64,000 bases of DNA from Mobula hypostoma (Eukaryota): positions 117,864,001 through 117,928,000 of the forward strand of contig NC_086097.1 of assembly GCF_963921235.1 (NCBI RefSeq). Reading direction: 5' to 3'. The position numbers and the translations under genes are program-made. Shown here in pieces: positions 1 through 12,405 of this stretch. Within the stretch, counting starts at the first letter, position 1. Each line of letters starts with the position of its first letter. The notes under the pieces were generated by a model that saw only the letters and a list, made by a program, of their open reading frames with translations, did no database searches and was not told where the DNA came from.

Positions 1-1693
1 AGTAAACAAGATCAGACTAGTCAGTAGAAAATGCATCTTCACGTCACAAAATTCTCAGTTAATCTCCTTTGCTATTTCTTGGACATTCTGAGTTCCTGTC
101 ACTCTAGCTACTCTTCCAGGATGTTACATGAGAGAATTAGACTGGGTGTACCACACAGCTCCTCGTTTCTGTTCATTGTACTGTGTAGGAGGAACTTGCC
201 ACTTCTGAAAAGCAGCTCTGAACACAGGGTGAATAGACAAGGTTTTCAAAAAGTTCTCTCCATTTCTCTCTCTACTTGCTCCCAGGAGCCTTCTCACAAT
301 GGCAGTATTTGTTCCCACGAAAATGGAAGCTCCACACTTTTTAACCATACCTGGGCAGACCAATACTGGTGTGTCAATAGTCTCAGCTGCACCAAAATCT
401 GCTTCTGAAACCTCCAGTTTAAATGACAAGTTACTTTCGCATAAATTAAAATCAGTATTAAGCCCTCAAATCTCAATGGCACTGAGTGGCATCAATGGAA
501 AATGTGTCAAATATCGGCTGTAAAAGGATCTATAAAATAACTTGAGAACCTGTGTAAGGTATGGCTCTAGCCTTAAACACCTTCAATCTGTATGGATACA
601 TCAGAGCTTGGTCCCACTAAACCTTCAGGAATAGTGTTTTGTGCTTTAGTATTTCCCTTGATACACTGATAGGAACATATCCTCTCCAAAACATCAAGCC
701 ATTCTTTACTAGGTCCCTCTGTAGTTTTATCTTTTCTCTGTTTGATTAGCCACTGACTTACTTTCTGAAGATTTTCCTGTCCTTCACACTCCCGCTTGAA
801 ATGACCATCTTCTCCACCATTGCAACAGAAAATACTAACCATTCCCTGGTCAGGGGACCCCGTTCAGTAGCAGCCCTTGCCTTGGTACCTCTCACCAGTG
901 GGTCACTCCTCTGATCTTTCATGACGTCCTACAAAGCCCTCGCTTGTGTCGCATCAGGGATCGCTTTCGCAACAAAGGCTACTATCGAGGATTTTGCCCT
1001 GCTGACGGAGGCCTCCTGCTCCTCCATTGCATGTTCCTCCTCTCTAACTTCTCTGAGTAAGTCAGTAAAAGGTGGAGGAGGGCACATCCTGAGGGTCATT
1101 CGAATACGTAGAGCAACCATGTCATGTGACAGTGTGCCCTTCACAACTTGCTCCATCCTCAAGCAATTTCTCTCAGACAGTTGAATTTCCCCCTTTGTGG
1201 CACAAACAGTGCAGCAGCTTCTCCAACATGAAAACGTAGGCAGACAGCTTCCCTCCTTCCTCCTGGAATGTGTTCCCAAACTTCATCCTAAGATCAGCTA
1301 TACTTTAAACCGGCCAAACGCATCTTCCAAAGCTTTCAGGTAATTAGCTAATATGATGAATGGATGTTCTGCTTTGAGGAACCTCACTATGTCAGCCACT
1401 AGCACCATTAAGCTCTCTACCCGTTTCAGTTTTTTTCATATTTAGTAAGCACAACCATTCATCCAGTACCTGAGAAGACCTCTCAGCCCAAGCCTCATCT
1501 TCTTCCTCCACACCGGGTGTGGGCTTGGCATCAGAGAACACACCCAGCTTACTGCAGATCTCCGCAGATATACTTCTGCACTTAACCAGTGATGTAATAG
1601 CCAAAACGAGCTCAGAATTTAAATCAGCTGCTAGAGGACTCAGTAGACCTTTCGCATTAGACAACTCCTTCCCACCTCTTTGCAGAAACAAGA

Positions 1694-3824
1694 TTAGATT
1701 GGATTAGATTATGAGGACACTCAGTCCTCATTTATTGTCATTTGGTAATGCATGCATAAGAAATGATACAATGTTCCTCCAGTATGATATCACAGAAACA
1801 CAAGACAGACCAAGACTAAAACTGACAAAAACCACATAATTATAACATATAGTTACAACAGTACAAAACAATACCGTGATTTGATAAAGAACAGACCATG
1901 GGCACAGTAAAAAAAGTCTCAAATCCCGATAGCCCCATCATCTCACGCAGACTGCAGAAGGAAGAAAAACTCTCCCTGCCATGAACCTCAAGCGCCACAA
2001 ACTTGCCAATGCAGTATTCTGGAAGCACCTGACCACAGCCGACTCTGAGTCCGTCCGAAAACTTTGAGCCTCCAACCAGTCTCCGACACTATTGTAACCC
2101 CACTTTTTAAAAAAGGAGGGAGAGAGAAACCAGGGAATTATAGACCGGTTAGCCTGACATCGGTGGTGGGGAAACTGCTAGAGTCAGTTATCAAAGAGGT
2201 GATAACAGCACATTTGGAAAGCGGTGAAATCATCGGACAAAGTCAGCATGGATTTCTGACGAATCTCATAGAATTTTTTGAGGATGTAACTAGTAGAGTG
2301 GATAGGGGAGAACCAGTGGATGTAGTATATTTGGAATTTCAAAAGGCTTTTGACAAGGTCCCACACAGGAGATTAGTGTGCAAACTTAAAGCACATGGTA
2401 TTGGGGGTAAGGTATTGATGTGGATAGAGAATTGGTTGGCAGACAGGAAGCAAAGAGTGGGAATAAACAGAACCTTTTCAGAATGGCAGGCAGTGACTAG
2501 TGGAGTACCGCAAGGATCAGTGCTGGGACTCCAGTTGTTTACAATATATATTAATGACTTGGATGAGGGAATTAAATGCAGCATCTCCAAGTTTGCGGAT
2601 GACACAAAGCTGGGCGGCAGTGTTAACTGTGAGGAGGATGCTAAGAGGATGCAGGGTGACTTGGATAGGTTAGGTGAGTGGGCAAATTCATGGCAGATGC
2701 AATTTAATGTGGATAAATGTTAAGTTATCCACTTTGGTGGCAAAAACAGGAAAACAGATTATTATCTGAATGGTGGCCGATTAGGAAAAGGGGAGGTGCA
2801 ACGAGACCTGGGTGTCATTATACACCAGTCATTGAAAGTGGGCATGCAGGTACAGCAGGCGGTGAAAAAGGCGAATGGTATGCTGGCATTTATAGCAAGA
2901 GAATTCAAGTACAGGAGCAGGGAGGTACTACTGCAGTTGTACAAGGCCTTGGTGAGACAACACCTGGAGTATTGTGTGCAGTTTTGGTCCCCTAATCTGA
3001 GGAAAGACATCGGTGCCATAGAGGGAGTACAAAGAAGGTTCACCAGATTGATTCCTGGGATGGCAGGACTTTTATATGATGTAAGACTGGATGAACTAGG
3101 CTTATACTCGTTGGAATTTAGAAGATTGAGGGGGTATCTGATTGAAACGTATAAAATCCTAAAAGGATTGGACAGGCTAGATGCAGGAAGATTGTTCCCG
3201 ATGTTGGGGAAGTCCAGAACGAGGGGTCACAGTTTGAGGATAAAGGGGAAGCCTTTTAGGACCGAGATGAGGAAAAACTTCTTCACACAGAGAGTGGTGA
3301 ATCTGTGGAATTCTCTGCCACAGGAAACAGTTGAGGCCAGTTCATTGGCTATATTTAAGAGGGAGTTAGATATGGCCCTTGTGGCTAAAGGGATCAGGGG
3401 GTATGGAGGGAAGGTTGGTACAGGGTTCTGAGTTGGATGATCAGCCATGATCATACTGAATGGCAGTGCAGGCTCGAAGGGCCAAATGGCCTACTCCTGC
3501 ACCTATTTTCTATGTTTCTATGACACCAAATGACACACGAGAACTGAGCACCATCTCTGCTGAGCGCTTTGACCCCGGCACCGGCCACCAAGCAACAGGC
3601 AAAGCCAAGGTTTCGGGGCCTTCACCTCCCGAGATTCAGGATCACACAGTAGGAGAGACAGCGAAACAGGCATTTCAGAAGTTTCACCAGATGTTCCTCC
3701 ATGCTCCTCACATCCGTCTACATCAAATCAAGATTGTGCATGGCTTCCTACTTGACAGATGACTGATATTCATTCTGGAGTGGCCGCTGCGTGCTGTGTC
3801 ACGCTGCCATCTTCTCTTCCTTCT
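1694..3824 (-). mobile_element. Non-autonomous retroposon (SINE-like, (AATCT)n tail) inserted in gag, itself split by a CR1
   Basis: TSD ACAAGA at 1688-1693 and 3825-3830; microsatellite tail at the left end; 5' end contains AAGATGGCAGCG. Confidence 0.7.
2090..3521 (+). mobile_element. CR1 LINE, 5'-truncated (RT and C-terminus)
   Basis: NYRPVSLTSVVGK, KAFDKVPH, SGVPQGSVLG, KFADDTK motifs; (TTCTATGT)n-type tail; candidate TSD GACAC at 2085-2089 and 3522-3526. Confidence 0.95.
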
Positions 3825-4306
3825 ACAAGAGTAACTTGTCTTTAAACTCTCCGCTCTCAAATACAGCAGACTCATCTTCCAGATCTTCCTTCTCGTCTAC
3901 ACTCCCCTCTTTTCTAAAAGTATGAATGAACCTTGGCCCTGCCTCTCCATGTGCCCCAATCGTAATAGTCAGATCCACTCCCGTCATATCATTGCTCGTC
4001 TGAACTAAAACGGCATCTTTGCCCGCTGCTTGGTCAAACCGTCGTTCCAAGAGCATAACTTTCCCTAATACTGGAACCGAACTTAGAACTCTAATCAATA
4101 ATTCATCTGGGCTGCGGTTATCCAACACGCTCAGAACACAAGTCTTAGTAATGAGTAATCTCTTTGAATCGCACTAACGCTTAACTCCTGTGGCATCCAT
4201 AATCATGTATATTAATCACTTTCCTAGGAAGTAGTTTAACACAGGCTTAAACACACAAACCACTTAATCAACTCTTAGAGCAATGACACAGTATTCAGCG
4301 AATTAA

Positions 4307-4324
4307 ATCCCAGACAAGCCCCCA
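4307..4324 (-). promoter_or_regulatory. tRNA-Pro primer-binding site
   Basis: Minus strand TGGGGGCTTGTCTGGGAT vs canonical Pro PBS TGGGGGCTCGTCCGGGAT; the two differences are CpG-type C>T changes; lies 3 nt after the LTR end. Confidence 0.85.
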
Positions 4325-4327
4325 CAC

Positions 4328-5195
4328 TGAATCCTCTTTTTACTAGACATCTCTAGAAACACAGCTGGTTAACCCCTCATTAACAAGCCAATGGACTCAG
4401 CCGTGAGAAAGCCACCCACCTTTTTTGAACTCCGTACGTCTAAGGTCAATATGACTTGGGTCCCAGCAGAACGGGAGAGCTGGGATGTTTCAACCACTTG
4501 CACTCCAGACTGAGCGAATACAGTGTAAATACTGACAGCATGCAATTAGCCATCAGCAAGAATTAAAAGATCATACACTGCACACAATTATAAAGAAAGT
4601 TTATTTACAAATTTCAGCTTTATCAGTTAGTAGGAAAGCAAGAAGAAAGGAAGTAAAAAGGGTCCATTACAGTTAACCCAGTCCAAATGTACACCTAAGT
4701 TGGAGCTCATCTTGAAGTAGTCTTTAACTCATATGCTGGACCCATAGTTTGTGTGAAAGTACACACCACTTTCCAAATGTCGCTTGAAATCCATCTGGAA
4801 CAAATGGGCTTTCCCACAGGAATATTGGTCCTTCCTCCTTGAAGCCATTCATCTGCAGCAAGCACCTTCTGCAACAGGGACATCATCCTGAGCCATCTTT
4901 CCTCCTGTCTTCTCCCAGGTCCCGCCAAAAAGACTTCAACCCACATCAGTGCCCGTCACCAAAGCTTCTCCACCCAGCATTCTCTCAAACCTTCTCCCAA
5001 TTCTATTACAATCCTTTTACCTTCTCCCAATTCCACCTTCTTGATTGGCTGACACAATATTCCTAAGTTGAACAATTTAGCCCCGTATCTTTAGCTCTAA
5101 TCCAAACATGCTAAAAACAGAACAGACTGCTCGTACAGAACTGCTAAACTGAAATACCATCAGCACAGCAGTAATAATCTTAATAGGACATTACA
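4328..5195 (-). repeat. 5' LTR of the Gypsy element (~870 bp)
   Basis: Minus strand starts TGTAATG at 5195 and ends ...TTCA at 4328, immediately before the PBS. Confidence 0.7.
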
Positions 5196-5197
5196 CA

Positions 5198-7815
5198 TTT
5201 TCGGATGGTCCACATGGCGTCTTCGGGCAAGACGAGGGAAGGTGGTGTCTGCCTACTGATCAACACTGTGTGGTGCTCGGACACAGTGGCACTGACAAGC
5301 TCCTGCAGCCCGGACCTCGAACACCTGTCGGTGAAGTGTCGTCCCTACTATTTGCCATGGGAATTCACCTCGATCATACTGACAGCGGTCTACATTCCCT
5401 CCCAGGCGGACGTGGAGTGTGCTCTGAACACACTGTATGCCAACATCAGTGGACTTGAGACCAGGTATCTGGAGGCTTTGCTCATTACAGCCGGGGAGTT
5501 TAACCAGGCCAACCTCAGAAAGGCGCTGCCAAGGTTATACCAACATGTCTCCTGCCCCACTAGAGGCCCGAATATATTTGACCACTGCTACACAGCAGTC
5601 AAGGATGCCTACTGTTCCGTCCCATGACCTCACTTCGGAAAATTGGACCATCAGGCCATACTCCTCCTCCTGGCTTACAGAAGCCGAAGGTCATTGTGTC
5701 AAAAGTGGTGTCATGTTGGACAAAGGAAATGGATGAGGTCCTCTGTGACTGCTTTGAACCGGTGGACTGGTTAGTATTCAAGGACTTGGCAGCAATCTTC
5801 AATGAGTATGCCTCAGCTGTCATGGACTTTATCTGGAAATGCACAGAGGACTGTGTGTCTCTCAAGAAGATCCGGGTATTCCCTAACCGGAAACCTTGGA
5901 TGAATTATTAGGTCCAGTCCTTATTGAAGGCTAGAGCTGTGGCTTTTAGGCCCGGGGATACCAGTCGCTACACAGAATCCAGGTGTGAACTCCGGAAAGC
6001 CTTTAAGGGCACCAAGAGGCAATATCGAGCCAAGTTGGAAGCCCAGGCTAACCAAAGGGATGCCAGTAGACTATGGCAGGGTCTAAATGAGATCACTGGG
6101 CTCAAAGAAAAGGCTGGGAATATCAATAACAGTAGCGCTTCTCCTCTTGACGAACTTAACGTATTCTACGCAAGATTCGAACAGAAGAGGAGCATCCCAT
6201 TCCCTCCAGATGAACCGGACCTGGTGGCATTGAGATTCATCGTCACCAAGGAGGATGTTAGAAGGGACTTCCTGAAGATAAATCCAAGGAAGGCGACGGG
6301 CCCAGATGGCATCCCGGGATGGGTTCTCCGGGCCTGTGCAAGCGAGCTAGCTGACATGTTTGCTGACATCTTCAACTGCTTCAGTCTAAGATCCCTCGTG
6401 TTTTAAGAAGGCAACGATAATCCCAGTGCCGAAGAAGAGCAAGGTGGCATGCCTGAATGACTATCGACCTGTGGCTCTGACATCAATTGCTATGAAGTGC
6501 TTTGAGAGATTGGTTATGGCACACATCAACCACAGCCTACCAGTCAACCTCGACGCTTTGCAATTCACCTACCGGAGCAACAGGTCAACGGCAGATGACA
6601 TCTCTCTGGCCCTACATTCCTCCTTAGAACAACTGGAGAATAAAGACGCATATGTAAGGCTCCTTTTCATTGACTACAGCTCTGCCTTTAATACCATCAT
6701 TCCAAATAAACTGATTCCTAAACTTCAGAACCTGGGCATTAACACTCAGATCTGCAGCTGGGTCTTCAATTTCCTCACAGACAGGTCCCAGGCTGTACAA
6801 ATAGGGGACAAGCTCTCCTCAACAATCACTCTGAGCACCGGTGCCCCGCAAGATTGTGTACTCAGCCCCCTGCTGTACTCACTGTACACCCATGATTGTG
6901 TAGCCAAGTTTCCGTCGAACTCAATGTATAAGTTTGCTGATGACACCACAATTGTAGGCCGTATCTTGAGTACAGAGAGGAAATTAAGGACCTGGAGGCA
7001 TGGTGCGAAGACAATAACCTATCCCTCAACGTCAGCAAGACAAAGGAATTGGTTGTTGACTTCAGAAGGAGTAGCGGACCGCACGACCCCATCTACATCG
7101 GTGGCGCACAGCTGGAACAGGTCAGAAGCTTTAAGTTCCTCGGGGTCAATATCACAAATGACCTGACTTGGTCCAACCAAGCAGAGTCCTTTACCAAGAA
7201 GGCCCACCAGCACTTTTACTTCCTGAGAAAGCTAAAGAAATTTGGCCCGTCCTCTAAAACCGTCACTAATTTTTATAGATACACCGCAGAAAGTATTCTT
7301 CTAGGGTACATCACAACCTGGTATGGAAGACCAGAAGGAGCTGCAGAAGATTGTGAACACAGCCCAGCACATCACACAAACCAATCTTCCGCCCTTGGAA
7401 TCACTTTACATCGCACGCTGTTGGAGCCGTGCTGCCAGGATAACCAAGGGCACGTCCCACCTCGGCAACACACTGTTTGTCCCTCTTCCCTCCGGGAGAA
7501 GGCTCAGGAGCTTGAGGGCTTGTACGACCATATTTGGGAATAGCTTCTTTCCAACTGTAATAAGACTGCTGAATGGATCCTGACCCGGATCTGGGCTGTC
7601 CCCTCCAAAAATCCAGACCTGCCTCTTGGTTTTATTGCACTACCTTACTTTCCCTTTTCTATTTTCTACTTATGATTTATAATTTAAATTTTTATTATAT
7701 TAACTGCCGATTTGTACTCCAGGGAGCGCAAAGCGCAGAATCAAATATCGCTGTGATGATTGTATGCTCTAGTATCAATAGTTTGGCAACAATAAAGTTA
7801 TAAGAAATAAATAAA
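5198..7815 (+). mobile_element. Rex1/Babar-type LINE, decayed APE endonuclease and RT
   Basis: [56 protein letters not shown] motifs across frameshifted ORFs 5205-7583; AATAAA and A-rich tail. Confidence 0.9.
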
Positions 7816-7835
7816 TAATAAAATACAGATCGATG

Positions 7836-7950
7836 AACACAAAATGCTGGAGGAGGTCAACAGATCAGGCAACATATCTGGAGGAAAAGAGGCTAAGACT
7901 CTTTACCAAACCTGGAAAGAAAGGGGACAGAAGCCAGAACAAAAGGGTAG
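7836..7950 (-). mobile_element. Penelope-like terminal repeat fragment
   Basis: ACACAAAATGCTGGAGGA motif also seen near 31098, 40747 and 53563. Confidence 0.55.
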
Positions 7951-8239
7951 GAATAAAATGATGACTTTTTCTGGGAAGCTGATTTACCTCTATTAAATGT
8001 ATTAGTTCCTTTGAAAGTATGGCTGATTTATCCTGGAACACATTTTGCGGGTAAGTTTCCCAACCTCAGAATTGGGAAGTTTGCACAAGTTTTTGCTGCT
8101 CCATCGAGCTCCATTTTAACTGTTTTGACACAACACAGGAGCAGTTGGCACTTCAGGTGAAAATGGCAGAAAATGTCTCTGCTTGCTTCGTTGCGTACAT
8201 CATTGCTGAACTTCAAAGAAGGAGTGGAGATAGGGTCCA

Positions 8240-8575
8240 GAAGACCATAAGACAATAAGAGCAGAATAAGGCCAGTGAGCCATTCAAGTCTATTCCAGCA
8301 TTTCATCATGGCTGATTTATTGTCCGCTTATCCCCAATTTCTTGCGTTCTTCCCATATCCTTTGATGCCCTTACTAATCAGGAACTATCAGCCTTCCCTT
8401 TAAATATACTTAATGACTTGGTCTCTACAGCTGTCGGTGGAAAGAATTTCACAGATTCACCACCCTCCAGATAAAGAAATTTCTCCTCATCTCTGTTCTA
8501 AAGCAATTTCCTTCTATTCTAAGGCTACGCCCCTTGGTCCTAGACTCCCCCACTATAGGAAACATTCTCTTCACG
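8240..8575 (-). mobile_element. CR1 3' fragment
   Basis: Reverse complement resembles the CR1 3' end (RVVNLWNSL region); tail repeats near 8240-8260. Confidence 0.8.
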
Positions 8576-9809
8576 CCCTAACATAAGCACTGCTGTCAGT
8601 TCCATAGATGCCAGCTTGCCTGCTGAGTATTCCCAACACTTAATTTCCTAAAGTAAAGTGGACCGGATCATGAAATATTCAGCTTTCTGTGCCTTGGAAA
8701 ATATACCATAAAATTATGGAACTATTCCTCTTTACTAATTGTGAGATATGTATACACTGGCAGGCGGTATCCAATTTAGTCACCGGCATTTCATAGCTGT
8801 AGGTCACAATATAATTATCAATACAATATTTTTTGTTTGAAAAGTATTGCTATTACATGCATTGTGCTTGGAATGCTCTGTTTCTTCAAACTTATTAATC
8901 TTTGTTCCTCTGCGATGTTTGCTCCTGGGGTTCTTTATTGAGCCACGTGCTTCTTTTAATGATGGTCCTATTACAATCCTATTACATTTTTTGTCTCATC
9001 AGGTAGAAATGGTTGATTGGTAGGGATTTGGATTAATATATATTTCCACATTTCTTAAATCCTGGATACAGCATGTCATATTTGTGAAGAGTATTTCTCT
9101 TAAATTTATCAAGTCTATGCACCACACATTAATTTAAAGCCCAAACCATCTACACAATTTGCATATTAAGATTGACTAGACAGACTACACTGTTCACAGT
9201 GGGGTGGTAATGATGTTCTCATTATGAGACACCCACAGTAAGTCATTCAGTGGAATTATTCCATTAGCTGTAGGCCCATGGTGAATAAACCAATGCAGTT
9301 ATTAAAGCCTCCAATAGAACTTCATACCAAGCTATTAGCATGGGAAGTTGTATCATGGTGCTTCATGAATGCATAATCAGACAAAAGTGAGCATCAAGGT
9401 AAAGAAAACCTTGTCAGGAAGCTTGGAGAAACAAGTTAGCTTCAATTAGACTTTTAAAGGGGGAGAAAATTGTGTAGAAGTAGTATTTCAGAATGTAGCC
9501 ATAAATGGCTGTTAGTGTGGAAGGTGCAATGAAAATCAATTAAAAAACATTGAAGTTGTAAACATACTGTAAAATGATTGTTTTTTTTTCACGGAGATGA
9601 TTTTCCTCAATTTCATTAGCAGCTTTTATGTACTTGTAGCCAATTTAACCTGGAATAGGCAAGGAAATTAGGTTTCCCTCAAGAGAGACCTGGGAAACCT
9701 GTGAACTTACTTGTGCCCTATTGAGCTCTGTGTCAACTGCACTGATGCCACATTGGGGCAGTTATCAGTACAGGTGGCAAGGCAACATACCCCTCATCAA
9801 GGGTTAGCA

Positions 9810-10445
9810 GATGAAAAGGTGAGCAGCTTCAGGTTCCTGGGTGTTAACATCTCTGAAGATCTCTCCTGTGCCCAAGATATCAAGACAATTACATAGAAAG
9901 TGTGCTGGTGGCTTTATTTCATTAGGGGATTTAGGCGATGTGGTGTGTCACCAAACACAAGCAATTTTCTGTGGATGCACATTGGAGAGCATTCTAACTG
10001 GTTACATCACCATCTGGTATGGAGAGGCCACTGCAGAGGATTAAAGAACACAAAAAAACTGCGGAGGGTTGATAACTCAGCCAGTTGCACATTGGAAACT
10101 AACTACCCACCATTCAGGACATCTTCAAAATACAAGGTCTCAATAAGATGGCATCCACCATTAAGGGCCTTTATGTTTGAAGACATGCCCTCTTCTCATT
10201 AACAGGTAAATGTGTACCTGTTCTCATCAGGGAAGAGGTACACACTCAAAAGTTTTAGGAAAAGCTTCTTCCCCTCTGCCATCAGATTTCTGAATGGATC
10301 ACGAACCCATGAACCCTCTCCTACTATTTTACTTTCCTGATGCAATACTTATTTATGTTTATATATTTATTTTGGAACCTATGGCAAATTTTTAAATGTA
10401 TTGAACTGTATTTGCTACTGCAAAACAACAAATATTATGACATAT
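9810..10445 (+). mobile_element. Rex1-type LINE 3' fragment
   Basis: VSSFRFLGVNISEDL and ESILTGYITIWYG, similar to the 3' part of the 5198-7815 element. Confidence 0.75.
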
Positions 10446-10584
10446 GCTCAGTGACCATTATATTAGGGACACCTGTACCCCGCTCGCAAATGCAAATATC
10501 TAATCAGCAAAGCATGTGGCAGCAAATCAATGTATAAAAGCATGCCGACATGGTCAAGAGGTTCAGTTGTTGTTCACATCAAAT

Positions 10585-11560
10585 GTTCTATGCTCGTCCA
10601 TTGTCGTCATCGATGAAAACCTCGACAAGAGACTAGCGTTTGATTTGGATTTAAGTGAGGGAGAGTTGCGCAGCGTCAGCCTCACTCTCTCTTCCCAATT
10701 CCCATCTGGATCCAGTGGCAAGACAGAGTCGAGGCGGCTGGAGATGGGAGTAGGCGCAGTAGATGACCAGGATGCCTTCTGTGTCTTGTCCTGCTCTAAG
10801 AAAGACTGGATGAACTGTGCTTGTACTCGTTGGAATTTAGAAGATTGAGGGGGGATCTGATTGAAACGTATAAGATCCTAAAGGGATTGGACAGGCTAGA
10901 TGCGGGAAGATTGTTCCCGATGTTGGGGAGGTCTAGAACGAGGGGTCACAGTTTGAGGATAGAGGGGAAGCCTTTTAGGACCGAGGTTAGGAAAAACTTC
11001 TTCACACAGAGAGTGGTGAATCTGTGGAATTCTCTGCCACAGCAAACTGTTGAGGCCAGTTCATTAGCTATGTTTAAAAGGAAGTTAGATATGGCCCTTG
11101 TGGCTACAGGGGTCAGGGGGTATGGAGGGAAGGCTGGGTTCTGAGTTGGATGATCAGCCATGATCATAATAAATGGCAGTGCAGGCTCGAAGGGCCGAAT
11201 GGCCTACTCCTGCACCTATTTTCTATGTTTCTATGTTTCTATGACGCTTGCAGAGGCAGCCGTCTTGACCGTTGGACCTTCCATTGGTCTCGTCCACTCA
11301 ATCCGCCGGAGTCTGTGTTCACATGCTGGGATAGACAACTCCCTATCTCACCGAGGGTTTGAGACCCGTCGGCTACCCTCCCCTGGTTTAGTCGGCTTGT
11401 CGAAGCCATTGCCCGGGGTGTGGCTGCTGTTGCATGCAAACAGCTACGGGCAGCACAGGTGAGACTAGGTGGGGATCAAAGGTGGACTAACCACCTTGAA
11501 AAGGATGCAACATGTTTCCCCACCAGAGGTGCTACCCCTCTCTGACACCCCATACACCGC
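10585..11560 (-). mobile_element. Unclassified GC-rich non-autonomous element (possibly RTE-related), split by a CR1
   Basis: CpG-rich block inside the Tc1 copy that continues on both sides of the CR1 insertion; family assignment is weak. Confidence 0.4.
10798..11243 (+). mobile_element. Short CR1 copy (~440 bp)
   Basis: LYSLEFRRLRGDLIETYKI...; (TTCTATGT)n tail; very similar to 38407-38842. Confidence 0.95.
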
Positions 11561-11589
11561 TTCACATCAAATATCAAAAGGGTTAAGAC

Positions 11590-12405
11590 CAATATTCCCT
11601 CTAATTTTTGGTAGTCAGTGTGCACAAAAATCTTATGTTGTGCAAATCTTTTTCCTGTGACAAAAGTATGTGCGACTGAATGCACACATGCCACAGTTTA
11701 TGTAGGTTTACAAAATATTTGACATAAAACTTCACAGATTAACAACAAAATAACATACATATTTAAGTCACTCAGTTATTTTTTTTCTCTCCCGTCTTTT
11801 GCATTTACCCAGTCTTTGTAAACTCTATCTGGACTAATAGAACTTCCATCCCATTGATAGCTTTTGATTCTCATTAACATGTCCAATTGACATTCACCTA
11901 AACGGTTTCTCAGCTTGTTCTTGAGTTGATTCATTAGGCTAAAACCTTGCTCACAGTCCGCACTAGATGAAAGAAAGGTTCCCCCAATGTCCATCAACTG
12001 TGCAAGGTCGCAAAACTGTTCATTTTGAAGTTCAAATGCCACCATTTGAGAAAAATTTGAAATCAGTTTGGATTTAATTTTTACTTGCATGGAAAATTTG
12101 AAATTATTAAACTGTCTAACTATTACAGTATCTTCAGCTAGAAAATCATGATACTTTAGACATAAGGCATTAACTTGATAAGAACTTTGATCTCCTCTGG
12201 GTTTGATCGTTTTCACTCTTGCTCAACTGCACTCAACTGTAACAAACGTAGCACTCCTGCAACGAATAATGATGGGTTCTGTTGCCTGAGCTTCTGTACA
12301 CAGTCCAAATACGATTTACTTGGCAAATGACGCTTCAAAAAGTCAAGTTTCCAAATATCATCCTACTTCTTTCCACTAGCAAATTGTCCAGCAACTGAAG
12401 ACATG
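11590..12405 (-). mobile_element. hAT DNA transposon 3' remnant (ZNF862-like dimerisation domain)
   Basis: ORF 11776..12216 contains SSADCEQGFSLMNQLKNKLRNRL..LDMLMRI (hAT C-terminal CERxFS motif); terminus-like CAATATTCCCTCTAATTTTT at 11590. Confidence 0.8.

Larger units (their letters stand above)
573..4200 (-). pseudogene. PNMA-like Gypsy gag pseudogene, interrupted by the 1694..3824 insertion
   Basis: ORF 3823..4128 (...GEFKDKLLL) rejoins ORF 1392..1691 (LFLQRGGKE...) in frame once the insertion is removed; stops and frameshifts elsewhere. Confidence 0.8.
1..5195 (-). mobile_element. Ty3/Gypsy LTR retrotransposon (5' LTR, PBS, decayed PNMA-like gag and protease); continues off the left edge
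   Basis: Order on the minus strand: LTR 5195-4328; PBS 4324-4307; gag ATG at 4200; capsid-like segment (929..1279); degenerate CCHC knuckle (FCCNGGEDGHFKREC, 573..842); protease remnant (GLVGPSSDVSIQIEGV...AIPYTGSQV, a decayed DTGSQV). Confidence 0.85.

Noticed and set aside
11776..12216. Domesticated ZNF862-like gene
   Set aside because: Fragmentary, adjacent to a hAT-like terminus and nested in a Tc1 copy.
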